A stretch of DNA of 64,000 nucleotides, taken from positions 144,524 to 208,523 of the forward strand of contig JANLHP010000017.1 in the NCBI GenBank assembly GCA_024654445.1, given 5' to 3'. The notes beneath the pieces were generated by a model. It was not told the DNA's origin, did not search any database, and worked only from the letters and a program-made list of their open reading frames with translations. This stretch comes from Candidatus Curtissbacteria bacterium (GTDB lineage Bacteria > Patescibacteriota > Microgenomatia > Curtissbacterales > GWA2-41-24). Positions 49,913 to 59,384 of this stretch are shown here, in pieces. The stretch's first letter is position 1. Each line of letters opens with the position of its first letter. The position numbers and the translations under genes were made by a program.

Positions 49913-51150
49913 TTTTTACCTACTTTCAAGGCAAGTAGGGAGAGCGCGAGAACTAAGGCTTCGGAAATTACGGTAACGGTGCTTGCGGCAATGAAGCCGT
50001 ATTTTGGGATGAAAATCAGATTGGCTGCTACGTTGAATACTGCGCCTAATGCATAAACTGCAATGAGGTACTTCTGTTTGTTGTGGATTATTAACACATG
50101 CCAGACGAGTGCCGAGAGGAAAAAGAAAGGCATGCCAAGGGCAAGAATTTGGAGGGATATTTTAGACTGAGCAAATTCTTCACCGAAAAGCGTTGGAATA
50201 AAAAGCGACACGGCCATCAAAGAAACTCCAAGAAGTATTGAAAATCCTACGAGAGAGATAGACCAGAATCTTATTTGTTTTTTAAACTCGGCTAAATTTT
50301 CTTTGAATACTTTCTGCAACAGGGGATAGAGCGCATTTGCAAAGAATATCGGCACTGCAAGAGCTGCTTGGAAAAACTGGTAAGCAAGGCCATAAATACC
50401 GACTTCTACAGTTGTTCTTGTTGTGGAAAGGATAAGAACGTCTACGCGGAAGTAGATAAGATTGAGAAGCAATGCGAGGCCCACCGGCCAAGATGATAAA
50501 AGAAGAGACTTGGAGTTTTCCATGTCGAAAATAGGTGCTAGTGACTGGTTGAATTTTTTTGCAATGAGAATAAATGACACTAAGGTGTAAACTGCGCTTC
50601 CTAGAATGAAAAGGACAACAAATGGCATCAGCGAATTTGAAAGCGAGGAAAGCAAGAAGACCCCAACTAACGTCGCTAATGATCCGACGACGGTTGCGAT
50701 TGCCGAAAGGTCGTAGCGCAGGTGTTTTTGGAAAAGGGCATTTGCGGTCGTGAAGAGGGCCTGTGTGATTATAGTTAGCGAAGCGACTGAGATCCCTAAC
50801 TTTACGAGCGGGCTGAATCCCGTTGAGGTGTTGTGGTCGTATGGAAGAAAAAAGGTGACCAAAATAGCAATGAGCGCTAGGGCAATTGAGAGCAATATCC
50901 TTAAGCCGATTAGGGCTCTAAACAGTCTGCTTTCGTCTGGTGCTGCTGCGTCTTTTACAAAGAAAGCATTTAACCCGAAATCAGCAAGAGTGTAAAAATA
51001 TCCGACAAAAACGAAAATTTTAGTGAATTCTCCGTAGCCTCGAGCGCCGAGAGTTCTGGCGATTATTAAGGTGACGATGAGTGTCGTTGTCGCAGAAACT
51101 CCCTTGGCAATTACTTGCGCGCCAGTATTGTAAATGACTTTTTTGAACAC
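49909..51150 (-). CDS. Wzx-like oligosaccharide flippase (polysaccharide biosynthesis protein, MOP superfamily)
   Basis: 413 aa with about 12 TM helices. N-terminal YNTGAQVIAKGVSATTTLIVTLIIARTLG is typical of Wzx/RfbX. Confidence 0.6.
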   Translation of the reverse strand: MFKKVIYNTGAQVIAKGVSATTTLIVTLIIARTLGARGYGEFTKIFVFVGYFYTLADFGLNAFFVKDAAAPDESRLFRALIGLRILLSIALALIAILVTFFLPYDHNTSTGFSPLVKLGISVASLTIITQALFTTANALFQKHLRYDLSAIATVVGSLATLVGVFLLSSLSNSLMPFVVLFILGSAVYTLVSFILIAKKFNQSLAPIFDMENSKSLLLSSWPVGLALLLNLIYFRVDVLILSTTRTTVEVGIYGLAYQFFQAALAVPIFFANALYPLLQKVFKENLAEFKKQIRFWSISLVGFSILLGVSLMAVSLFIPTLFGEEFAQSKISLQILALGMPFFFLSALVWHVLIIHNKQKYLIAVYALGAVFNVAANLIFIPKYGFIAASTVTVISEALVLALSLLALKVGKK

Positions 51151-51198
51151 GAGAATATTTTACATTGAAAGCTAGCTAAATTGTTAGATTGGGGAGTG

Positions 51199-52440
51199 TT
51201 ATTTTTCCTGACTGACGATGTAGGCTGCTGCAAACCAAAACATCAGGCGGCCTTGTTGAAGCGTCCACAGGAAATGATCTGTTGTTGAAAAGATAAGGAT
51301 CGCCGCAAAAAGCGCAAGTTTAATTTTGTCGTTTATGCTCTTCGAAATAACCAGTAGTAGCGTCGCGAAGAGTAAGAGCCCGACGATTCCGTTTTCGGCG
51401 AGTATTAACAAGAAAACATTATGAGCGGGTTGGAGAAGTCTGGTTTCTGAAAGCGCGAATAGGTTTAGTCTGGAGAGCTCGAGAATAAAATTGTTGCTTC
51501 CAACGCCAAAAAGTGGATTTAAAAGCGTGATGTTGAGAGCGGCTTGAGCAAGAGTAAGCCTTTCGGCGATTGGCGCGACGTCGAGGCTTTGCGAAATTAT
51601 GAGAGTGGTTCCTGCGATGATCGCAATCAGGAGTAAGAGTGTCGTGAATTTAAATTTGTTGGCGATAATTACCAGCCCTACTATAGACGCAATAATTGCG
51701 GTTCTTGAAAAGGTTAGGGTAAGTGCGAGTGTTGATATTACTAGGGGAAGCAAATTGGCGGTTTTTCTTCTGAACTGCGATCCTATTAGGAGGATCAATG
51801 AAAAGGAGAGATAAGCTCCTGCGACGTTGGGGTGAGGAAAAGTTCCGTAAGGCCTCAAAAGTTGGTTGCCTAAGAACTGTAGATGGGCAATAAGGGGTGT
51901 TGTCGAATCGAATGCTCTTTCCCCTAATATCCACAGACCAAGGGACTTTTGGAGTGCGAATTGAGCGAATATTACTAAGGATTCCACCGCTGAGGTTACC
52001 GTAATAACAAGCAGAGCCATTTCCCTAATTTTCTTTTTGGAAAGAGAGTGCGCAGCAAATATTGCAAACATGCTAAAGGTTAAGGTTTTTAAATTAAAGA
52101 TTATTGATATTTGATTGTCGTTAGAGGTCAGCAAGCTAGATCCTATCAAGTAAAGATTCAGGACAAGTAGAACCGAGATAAAACTTTTGTACTTTTCCCA
52201 GATCGACTTTAGGTTTTTTCTGTTTTCCCATAAGAATGCGGGTATGAATAGGGAAACGACAATGTCAGACAGATAAATGCTGGCAGCGCGGTAGTCTATT
52301 GGAATCCCAAGGACGTATGAAGAGTCGCTAAAAAAATATTTGCCAAGCTGAATAGGGATTATTGCGATTGTTGTCAGAAAAAGGAGGTCTGACAGGTGAA
52401 AGGATAGTGGGATTGTAGGATGGTGGGATTTAACTTTCAA
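51199..52440 (-). CDS. O-antigen ligase/polymerase (Wzy_C)-like membrane protein
   Basis: 413 aa polytopic protein with TFSRTAIIASIVGLVII and a large periplasmic loop. TTG start at 52440. Confidence 0.5.
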   Translation of the reverse strand: MKVKSHHPTIPLSFHLSDLLFLTTIAIIPIQLGKYFFSDSSYVLGIPIDYRAASIYLSDIVVSLFIPAFLWENRKNLKSIWEKYKSFISVLLVLNLYLIGSSLLTSNDNQISIIFNLKTLTFSMFAIFAAHSLSKKKIREMALLVITVTSAVESLVIFAQFALQKSLGLWILGERAFDSTTPLIAHLQFLGNQLLRPYGTFPHPNVAGAYLSFSLILLIGSQFRRKTANLLPLVISTLALTLTFSRTAIIASIVGLVIIANKFKFTTLLLLIAIIAGTTLIISQSLDVAPIAERLTLAQAALNITLLNPLFGVGSNNFILELSRLNLFALSETRLLQPAHNVFLLILAENGIVGLLLFATLLLVISKSINDKIKLALFAAILIFSTTDHFLWTLQQGRLMFWFAAAYIVSQEK

Positions 52441-52484
52441 TTTCTAATTTCTAATTCTTAATTTCTAATAAGAGAGCTTATTTT
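52438..52484. repeat. conserved intergenic motif CAATTTCTAATTTCTAATTCTTAATTTCTAAT followed by ATAAGAGAGCTTATTTT (copy 3)
   Basis: Immediately upstream (minus strand) of the TTG start of the Wzy-like gene. Confidence 0.5.
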
Positions 52485-52537
52485 CTCGACAAGCTCGAAA
52501 ATCAAATTTTAATGACAAATTAAAAATTATTCTTTTA

Positions 52538-53017
52538 TTAACCTTCTCGTGGCTTGACTACGAGATGTCTTTCCTGGCCTTCGCCTTGCGATTCGGTTAT
52601 TACGTCAGGATGATCGGTAAGGACCATGTGCACAACTCTTCTTTCAGAAGCCTTTAAGTTGTAAAGAGGCTCGGGTTTTTTACTTTCTGCAACTTCACGG
52701 GCTACAGAAAGCGCCATCGATTTGAGCTTTTCTTCTTTTTGTTTACGCCACCCGTCGATATCGACAAATACTTCAAAATCTTCATCGCCCGTTAATGTTT
52801 TTAAGCGTACGACGAGAACGAACTGGAGGCTTTCGAGATTTGTGCCGTATTTTCCTATTAAAAGAGACGAGTCTTCGGAGTCGATATCGACAGAGTACGT
52901 GTTGTCTACTTTTGAAACTTCTGCTGTTGCAGAGACTCCGAGTTTTTCGATTATTTGTCTTACTTGCTCTGCTACGAAATTCTCGTCTAAAGTTTGTTTT
53001 TTCGCGTCGGTTGTCAT
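52538..53017 (-). CDS. jag: Jag/KhpB RNA-binding protein (KH + R3H domains)
   Basis: KH-like LLIGKYGTNLESLQFV. R3H LYNLKASERRVVHMVLTDHPDVITESQGEG. Immediately downstream of yidC. Internal ATG 53017 preferred. Confidence 0.7.
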   Translation of the reverse strand: MTTDAKKQTLDENFVAEQVRQIIEKLGVSATAEVSKVDNTYSVDIDSEDSSLLIGKYGTNLESLQFVLVVRLKTLTGDEDFEVFVDIDGWRKQKEEKLKSMALSVAREVAESKKPEPLYNLKASERRVVHMVLTDHPDVITESQGEGQERHLVVKPREG

Positions 53018-53021
53018 TTGG

Positions 53022-53852
53022 TTAAACACCTTTTTGCAGACCTTTAGGTAGATACTTATTAAGCTGTCCAGCCCCAGTGATAACATACTGCTGGATTGCG
53101 CCAATTATAGTAAAAGTATTCCAGTAAAGCGAAAGGCCGAAGGGAAAGCCGTAAGAGAAAAAGGCAATTAAAAGCGGCATGATAAAAACCATCTGGGTCT
53201 GCATTTGAGCCATTGAGTCTTCGAAACCTTGCTTTTGTTCTTTCTTGGATTCCTTTTTTCCACTTGTTTGGACTTTTGGCGGAGCCATCATTAATGATTG
53301 GACAAGCTGCAGTAGACCGGTTACGACTGGAACCAGCAGGATGAGAACGCCGACTTGCTGCCATTCGTTGGGCCTTATCCCTAAATTAAGGCCCAAAAAT
53401 GATGTTTCTGGAATTTTGTCGAGGTGAAGTGAGGGAAAATAGAGCTTACTATTTATATTTGTTAGGAAGTCTGCGCTACTAAACTGAACAACGTGTTGGA
53501 GCACGTTATAAAGAGCTAAAAATACGGGTATCTGTAAAAGGAGAGGCAAACAACCAGCTAAGGGGTTTACGCCGTGCTCTTTGTAAAGTTTGGATACTTC
53601 TTGCTGGTGCCTTGCTTTGTCGTGACCATGTTGCTCTTTTATGCGCGAAAGGTGAGGCTTCAGGGCTGCCATCTTTTGTGTGCTTCTTAGTTGAGCAGTA
53701 GTCAATGGCCACATAATCATGCGGATTATTATGCTCAAGAGAATAATTGCAAAACCAAGCGCGCCGGGAATGCCTGCGCCCTCAAGCACTTTATATATTG
53801 CAATGAGTATGTTTAGTATTGGGTTGGTTAAAAAAAGTTCAAATGGGTTCAT
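53022..53852 (-). CDS. yidC: membrane protein insertase YidC (short form)
   Basis: PLAGCLPLLLQIPVFLALY and the 5-TM Oxa1 core. 276 aa. Confidence 0.85.
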   Translation of the reverse strand: MNPFELFLTNPILNILIAIYKVLEGAGIPGALGFAIILLSIIIRMIMWPLTTAQLRSTQKMAALKPHLSRIKEQHGHDKARHQQEVSKLYKEHGVNPLAGCLPLLLQIPVFLALYNVLQHVVQFSSADFLTNINSKLYFPSLHLDKIPETSFLGLNLGIRPNEWQQVGVLILLVPVVTGLLQLVQSLMMAPPKVQTSGKKESKKEQKQGFEDSMAQMQTQMVFIMPLLIAFFSYGFPFGLSLYWNTFTIIGAIQQYVITGAGQLNKYLPKGLQKGV

Positions 53853-54061
53853 TAAACGGGGTCAATGTAAGGTCTTTTTGAAAGTGGATGACAACTTAAG
53901 ATTCTCATGATTGCTTTCGCGCCTCCCCTTAAAAGGCCATATTTTTCTATAGCTTCAAGCGCGTACTGTGAACAAGTTGGGGAGTACCTACATGTTGCAA
54001 CTACGTTTCTGGTTAGTCCTTGGTAAAGGAAGAAAGAAATTTTAAATAAGTTAATGGTCAT
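53852..54061 (-). CDS. yidD: membrane protein insertion efficiency factor YidD
   Basis: [36 protein letters not shown], the canonical YidD sequence. Confidence 0.85.
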   Translation of the reverse strand: MTINLFKISFFLYQGLTRNVVATCRYSPTCSQYALEAIEKYGLLRGGAKAIMRILSCHPLSKRPYIDPV

Positions 54062-54366
54062 TTTAAAAGGTCTTTGAGTGCTTCTTTAACTTTTTCAGTT
54101 TTTTGCTCTGAAATATTATTTTTTACTATTACAGTCAGTTCGCAATTCTTCAAACCTAACTCTTTAATCGCTTCTGTCGTTATTCTTCTTATCCTGTTTC
54201 TGTCGACTGCCTTTTTGGCGGTTTTTTTTGAAACAACAACTGCTGCCTTAAAAACTTCCTGATTCTTGTGCAGTACTATCGTAAAGTCGTTATTTGCTCT
54301 TTTGGTTACCGAGCTATTTAACTTTTTGCCAAAAGGTAATTTTAAGCGATTTTTCGAAGGCAACAT
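54058..54366 (-). CDS. rnpA: ribonuclease P protein component
   Basis: [13 protein letters not shown]...[16 protein letters not shown] matches RnpA (RNR motif). Position between rpmH and yidD. The ORF track extends to 54384. Confidence 0.8.
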   Translation of the reverse strand: MLPSKNRLKLPFGKKLNSSVTKRANNDFTIVLHKNQEVFKAAVVVSKKTAKKAVDRNRIRRITTEAIKELGLKNCELTVIVKNNISEQKTEKVKEALKDLLK

Positions 54367-54388
54367 TTTTTCGAATGATACCATTCTC

Positions 54389-54423
54389 GAATTTCTAATT
54401 TCTAAATTATTTAGGTCAATTAG
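54389..54423. repeat. conserved intergenic motif GAATTTCTAATTTCTAAATT + TTAGGTCAATTAG (copy 4)
   Basis: Between rpmH and rnpA. Confidence 0.5.
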
Positions 54424-54439
54424 GCTCTTTTTAAATTAC

Positions 54440-54577
54440 CTAAGGTGTCAGCTTTTTGCGGCCTTTTGCTCTTCTTCTTTTGAGAACTGCGCGTCCATCT
54501 GTTGTCCTCATACGAATTCTAAAACCGTGGGTTTTGGCCTTTTTTCTTTTTTTCGGTTGATAAGTTCTTTTTGGCAT
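54440..54577 (-). CDS. rpmH: 50S ribosomal protein L34
   Basis: Not in the ORF track (under 60 aa). Hand translation of the minus strand gives [45 protein letters not shown]. Confidence 0.9.
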   Translation of the reverse strand: MPKRTYQPKKRKKAKTHGFRIRMRTTDGRAVLKRRRAKGRKKLTP

Positions 54578-55238
54578 AAGAGAGCTTGTATTTTCGTTTC
54601 ACTCAAATATAAGAGAGCTTGTATTCTAAATTTCATTAGAATATAGAGGTAGAGTACTAAAAAAGCGATGATATATCAATAATTAACAAATTTGACACCT
54701 ACTTTGAATAGATTTACTACATGCTCACTATGCGTGCGGAAGTTAATACAGAAGGTGCGGCTCAAGAGCAAGTTCGAGCACAAGAACGGCTTCGGTTGGC
54801 ACTAGAAGTGGAATCAGTTGCGAACGGAATAGGTGCTTTTATACTTCAACCAACCCAGGATAATCATGACAAACTTTTAGAGAGTATCGAAGAACTGCCG
54901 CCAACACTGAAGAGTTACCTTGATGTGTCAACTCCTTCAGAGCCAACTTCTTAACAGATTTTTCAGGAATAACAAACAAGCATACAGAGTAAGCTCTGTG
55001 GATTTTAGCCTCAAGTTTTGGAGTTTATCAACATAAATTTTGGGTCCTTGACAATTGTGGAAAATTTCTGCAATGATGGATTTCAGCTCTAAAAATTCAA
55101 GAGGTGTCCTACAATTTCTGCCAAATTGTATGACCCTTTGTAAGATCTTCTTTCAGTCAGATCTCTTCGCAAAGAACGCGAAAAATAAGCTAGCCTGCTT
55201 AGAGCTAAATTTAATCATACTTAGGTGTAAGTTTTATT
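54578..55238. other. dnaA upstream region: AT-rich stretch, direct repeats and degenerate DnaA boxes
   Basis: ataagagagcttgtatt twice (54576, 54609). DnaA-box-like tgtggattt (54996), tttatcaac (55026) and tgtggaaaa (55046). Confidence 0.4.
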
Positions 55239-56597
55239 ATGAACGGCCAAAAAGTTTGGGCTAGTATATTGTCTGGCGTAAAATCGCAAGTTTCTTCTTC
55301 TACATTTAAGACCTGGTTTTCAGGATCGTATGTAATGGACTTTCGAGAAGAGGAATCGAGGCGGCTTCTGGTAGTAGGTGTTAAGAACAACTTCCTTAAA
55401 GAGCAAGTTGAAACCAGATACCAAACAGTAATCAATGACATCATCCGCAAAAAAGGATTTTCCGACTGCGAAGTTACTTTTGTCGTTTCTGAGCAAACAG
55501 ATTCGAGTTCACAAATTTCCGATGCTCCTCTTTTTTCCGGCGAAGCGCCTACTTTTATTAATAGCTTCAAAAAGATAGACAACTTAAACCCTCTTCACAC
55601 TTTTGATAACTTTGTCGTTGGGGCCTCTAACAACTTGGCATTTTTGGCCTTCAAGCAAGTTTCTGAAAATCCTGGCACATCTTATAATCCTCTTTTTGTT
55701 TATGGCGCAACGGGCGTAGGCAAAACTCATCTTTTGCAATCATGTGGTAACGAAATACTAAACAAAATTCCCGATGCCAAAGTTTTGTACGCAAGCGCGG
55801 AAAAATTCACTAATGACTACATAGAATCGCTGAACAACAGGACCCAATCTCACTTTAGGCATAAATACCGAAACGTCGACGTTTTGTTGGTTGACGACGT
55901 TCAATTTTTAGCAGGCAAAGAAAGCACTCAAGATGAATTTTTCTATACATTTAACGAACTTTATCTTGCGGGTAAACAAATTGTTCTTGCTAGCGATCAC
56001 CACCCTAGAGATCTTGGAAAGTTAAAAGACAGACTTGTGAGTAGGTTTTTGGGAGGAATGGCTGTTGATATTTCACGTCCTGATTTGGAACTGCGGGTTG
56101 CGATACTGAAGGCAAAATGCAAAGAGAAAAATGTTGTTTTGGGAGATGGCGTTCTCAACTTTATCGCAGATTCTTCACAGGGTGGGGTAAGAGAGCTTGA
56201 AGGTCTTCTGCTTCAGGTGTTGTCTCTGTCTAAATTAACTTCCGGGGGAATAACTCTCGATGAAATTAAAAGGGCAATTGAAAGAAACAAAAGGCCGAGC
56301 GTGGCTCCTCCAAGTCCTGGGAAAATAATCGATTCGGTTTCAAGACACTTTAGGGTTCCGAGAGAAGAATTGTGCGGGCCAAAAAGGAAGGCGAATATTG
56401 TTTTTGCGAGACAAATTTTGATGTTTATTTTAAGAGAGGATCTTGGGCTTGCCTTGGAGGCAATCGGAGAGCTCGTTGGAGGGCGTGACCATTCTACAAT
56501 TATTTACGGCGTTGAAAGGGTAAATAAGCTTATCGGCGAAAATCAAAACACGAGAGACGAAGTTGCTAGAATCCGCGCCAATTTTCAACAAAATTAA
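55239..56597 (+). CDS. dnaA: chromosomal replication initiator DnaA
   Basis: GATGVGKTHLLQ (Walker A), LLVDDVQFLAGK (Walker B) and a C-terminal DNA-binding domain ...FARQILMFILRED. 452 aa. Confidence 0.95.
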   Translation: MNGQKVWASILSGVKSQVSSSTFKTWFSGSYVMDFREEESRRLLVVGVKNNFLKEQVETRYQTVINDIIRKKGFSDCEVTFVVSEQTDSSSQISDAPLFSGEAPTFINSFKKIDNLNPLHTFDNFVVGASNNLAFLAFKQVSENPGTSYNPLFVYGATGVGKTHLLQSCGNEILNKIPDAKVLYASAEKFTNDYIESLNNRTQSHFRHKYRNVDVLLVDDVQFLAGKESTQDEFFYTFNELYLAGKQIVLASDHHPRDLGKLKDRLVSRFLGGMAVDISRPDLELRVAILKAKCKEKNVVLGDGVLNFIADSSQGGVRELEGLLLQVLSLSKLTSGGITLDEIKRAIERNKRPSVAPPSPGKIIDSVSRHFRVPREELCGPKRKANIVFARQILMFILREDLGLALEAIGELVGGRDHSTIIYGVERVNKLIGENQNTRDEVARIRANFQQN

Positions 56598-56898
56598 CTT
56601 AGTTTTCCACAATATAAAAATTGTTTTTAACAATAATGTTTTTGTTTTAAACAAATGTTTAAACAACTCTTTACGCTGCTTGTTGAGCTTATTCGTCAAG
56701 ATATAAACAATGTTATTATTGCTACTACTTTTATATAAATACCTTTTAATAGGGCACTTGTTGAAAACGTGTGGATTATTTATAATCGCTCGCAGGCGCT
56801 CGCTTTTATATGCTTGCGAGTACATACTTGTGAGCCCTGGTGAGCAAGTATATAATCGGTTCACTTCTGCCCTAACTACAAATTGAGGAGAATATACG
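56598..56898. other. putative oriC (dnaA-dnaN intergenic) with DnaA-box-like sites and an AT-rich unwinding region
   Basis: ttttccaca at 56604 (TTATCCACA, 1 mismatch). tgtggatta at 56771 (TGTGGATAA, 1 mismatch). A 60-nt stretch over 85% AT at 56615-56675. Confidence 0.55.
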
Positions 56899-58038
56899 TT
56901 GAAGTTTAAGATTGAACAGGGCCAACTGACCAAAACATTACTTTCTGTTAACAAATCTCTTCTTTCGAAGGTAAATCTTCCTATTCTTTCTAATGTTTTG
57001 TTTTCTGTTTCCGGCAACAAGCTGGAAGTTCTTTCAACAAACCTCGAAACAGCAACCAAGGTAGTTGTTGATTGTACCGGTGAAGCTGACGGAAAAACGA
57101 CTCTTCCGGGCAAAACCCTTCTGGAGTTTGTTTCACAGTTGCCTGAGGGGGAGATACTTTTGGAGAAACTTGGTGAAGAGGTGATTGTTTCTACAAAGGG
57201 ATACAACGCAAGGTTTGCGACTCTCGCGGTCGAGGATTTTCCGGCAATTCCGAAGATAGAAAAAGGAAAGCATATAAAGCTCGACCCGAAGGATTTTATG
57301 AGGGCTGTCTCGAGGGTGGCGATGAGTGCCGCACAAGACGAAGGAAGGCCCATTTTAACCGGAGTCCTTTGTGAATTTGAGAAAAAAACCCTTTCTTGTG
57401 TTGCGACAGATGGTTACAGGTTAAGTTTCCAATCCGTGCCTTATGAGGGGGATATTCCCTCCTCGCTTAAAATTGTCGTCCCTTCAAAGTCTTTAATTGA
57501 AGCAGCCAAAATTGTCTCCGAGCTTTCTAGCGAAATAGGAGAAAACAAGATTGAGCTTTTGATAGCTGATGGTTTGAATCAGGTCAATTTTAAGATTGGA
57601 AATGTGGAGTTTACTTCCAGACTCATCGAAGGAGAATTTCCTAATTGGCAGAAAATTATCCCCAGCACGTTTGCTTCGAAGGCTAGGGTTTCCAAAGAGG
57701 ACTTTATTAAGGTGATTAGAATCGCGTCAATTTTTGCGCGGGACTCAGGAAACATAATCCGCTTGCAGCTTTTGGCAAATGGCGCAAAAGGTGCAGTACT
57801 CAAGGTTTTTGCAAACAATGTGCAAGTAGGGTCGAATGAAGCCGAAGCCGAGGTTGAGCTTACCGGCAAAGGTGGGGAAATCGCATTTAATTTTAAGTAT
57901 CTGCTGGAGATGCTTTCTTCTATTGAATCTTCTGATGTCGAATTTGAGATGATAGAAAGCTTAAATCCTGGAAGGCTGACGGTTCCCGAAGACAAGAGTT
58001 ACTTTCATATCGTGATGCCAGTTAGATTGCAGACATAA
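56899..58038 (+). CDS. dnaN: DNA polymerase III beta sliding clamp
   Basis: MKFKIEQGQLTKTLLSVNKSL..., three-domain clamp, 379 aa. TTG start preceded by gaggag. Confidence 0.9.
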   Translation: MKFKIEQGQLTKTLLSVNKSLLSKVNLPILSNVLFSVSGNKLEVLSTNLETATKVVVDCTGEADGKTTLPGKTLLEFVSQLPEGEILLEKLGEEVIVSTKGYNARFATLAVEDFPAIPKIEKGKHIKLDPKDFMRAVSRVAMSAAQDEGRPILTGVLCEFEKKTLSCVATDGYRLSFQSVPYEGDIPSSLKIVVPSKSLIEAAKIVSELSSEIGENKIELLIADGLNQVNFKIGNVEFTSRLIEGEFPNWQKIIPSTFASKARVSKEDFIKVIRIASIFARDSGNIIRLQLLANGAKGAVLKVFANNVQVGSNEAEAEVELTGKGGEIAFNFKYLLEMLSSIESSDVEFEMIESLNPGRLTVPEDKSYFHIVMPVRLQT

Positions 58039-58119
58039 CAACTGACCACTGACATTTGACAACATGATGAAGTTCAGGTTCAGAGATTTTAAAGTTACAA
58101 AGACGCAGTCGTCTTCAGG

Positions 58120-58437
58120 ATGAGTATAAGGGTTCTTACTAAAAAGTATTTTCCGACCGAAGAAAAATATTTATTAATTGACCAGATTGTTAGGGCAGCA
58201 AACTCGATTGTTTTAAACATAGCAGAAGGGTCTGATCGTGGTACTGACAAAGACTTTGCGCTTTTTCTAAACCGTTCTCATACGTCTCTTAACGAGGTTG
58301 TTGCTTGTTTAGATATTGCCTTAGAAGAGGGATACATCACAATAAAAATTCACGAAGATTACTTAGGGCATGCAGCTGAATTGGGAGATCAAATTACTGC
58401 GTTTAGGAGAAAATTACTTATTAGTCCATCCAAATAA
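58120..58437 (+). CDS. four-helix-bundle protein (TIGR02436, 23S rRNA IVS protein family)
   Basis: LNIAEGSDRGTDKDFALFLNRSHTSLNEVVACLDIALEEGYI matches the family pattern AEG..R.s.kdF..Fl..a.gSl.E. Confidence 0.7.
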   Translation: MSIRVLTKKYFPTEEKYLLIDQIVRAANSIVLNIAEGSDRGTDKDFALFLNRSHTSLNEVVACLDIALEEGYITIKIHEDYLGHAAELGDQITAFRRKLLISPSK

Positions 58438-58500
58438 TAAGCAAAAGTTGTCAGTTGTCAGTGGTTATATGTCAGTTGTTTTTATTGTATTCTTAAGGTT

Positions 58501-58803
58501 GTGTTTACTCCGATTGGGACTCTTCTAAAAACTTTGCCAAAAAGATCAAGAACGCCCGAGGCGATTGTTGCGCTGCACGTGAGGCAAGTATTTGGGAGTT
58601 CGCTTAAAAAGGTTTGTGCCGACTTACCTGAGACTTCTTTGGTGCTTGTTCGCGCCTCTACTTTCAAGGGCGGAGTGCTTAATGTAATTGCACCCTCTTT
58701 GCTTTCCGCGGAGCTTCATATGCGCGCTGGGGGGCTAATACAAGACATTAATGAAGCCCTCGGACGGAAGGCAGTAAAGCGGCTAAAGTTTAGGCAGAGT
58801 TAA
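58501..58803 (+). CDS. DciA-like DUF721 protein
   Basis: 100 aa. C-terminus ...GGVLNVIAPSLLSAELHMRAGGLIQDINEALGRKAVKRLKFRQS is typical of DUF721. Located next to dnaN, as DciA often is. Confidence 0.55.
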   Translation: MFTPIGTLLKTLPKRSRTPEAIVALHVRQVFGSSLKKVCADLPETSLVLVRASTFKGGVLNVIAPSLLSAELHMRAGGLIQDINEALGRKAVKRLKFRQS

Positions 58804-59384
58804 AGGTCTTCATGGCTTGGTTCTGTTCTTAATTCCGGATGTTGTTGCAGAAAAGTCGCGAGGTTAGTGGTCGGAAAGTGCCATATTTCTACAATTAGAC
58901 TACTGATAGGATTACCGAAAACTATTACTCCTTTTGAGCCCCAGAAGTGACCGGGGGCTGCAAATCCGTGTTGGCCGTAGATGAGTGCCTCCGGTTGTCC
59001 GAATTTTGCGATGTATCCATTTAAAGATCCTTTTTCTTTGGCGATTACCGGCTCTTCAATGAGCTGAACCTTGTCGTTTTCTATCTCGACTGTTGTTTGC
59101 CTGTTTTCGTTAGTTGTCGGATAAACGTAGATTGTTTTGCCGTTCTGCTGCTCGATTTTAATTGGTTCGCCGACTGCTTGTCTTAGCTCTTCTTCAGTAG
59201 TTTTGCCGGGGGTTACTTTGCCGAGCCATTTTACTTCGTCGTCCGAAGGTTTTCCCAGCAGGTTAAATAAAAAGACTGATGTTATGAACAAAGATGCTAA
59301 ACCAAGCAGTAAGAGCGGAGACTCTTTTTTTAGAAAAATTGAAATTCTATTTAGTGAGCTTTCGGTCATATTAAAATTCCACAC
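58800..59384 (-). CDS. hypothetical membrane-anchored protein
   Basis: 194-aa ORF with an N-terminal TM (LLLLGLASLFITSVFLFNLL). Directly downstream of the giant gene. Possible alternative start ATG 59369. Confidence 0.4.
   Translation of the reverse strand: MWNFNMTESSLNRISIFLKKESPLLLLGLASLFITSVFLFNLLGKPSDDEVKWLGKVTPGKTTEEELRQAVGEPIKIEQQNGKTIYVYPTTNENRQTTVEIENDKVQLIEEPVIAKEKGSLNGYIAKFGQPEALIYGQHGFAAPGHFWGSKGVIVFGNPISSLIVEIWHFPTTNLATFLQQHPELRTEPSHEDL

Noticed and set aside
54721-54954. 77-aa ORF in the dnaA upstream region
   Set aside because: Lies in the AT-rich origin-proximal spacer with DnaA-box-like sites and has no recognisable features. Not called as a feature; could be a real small protein but evidence is insufficient.
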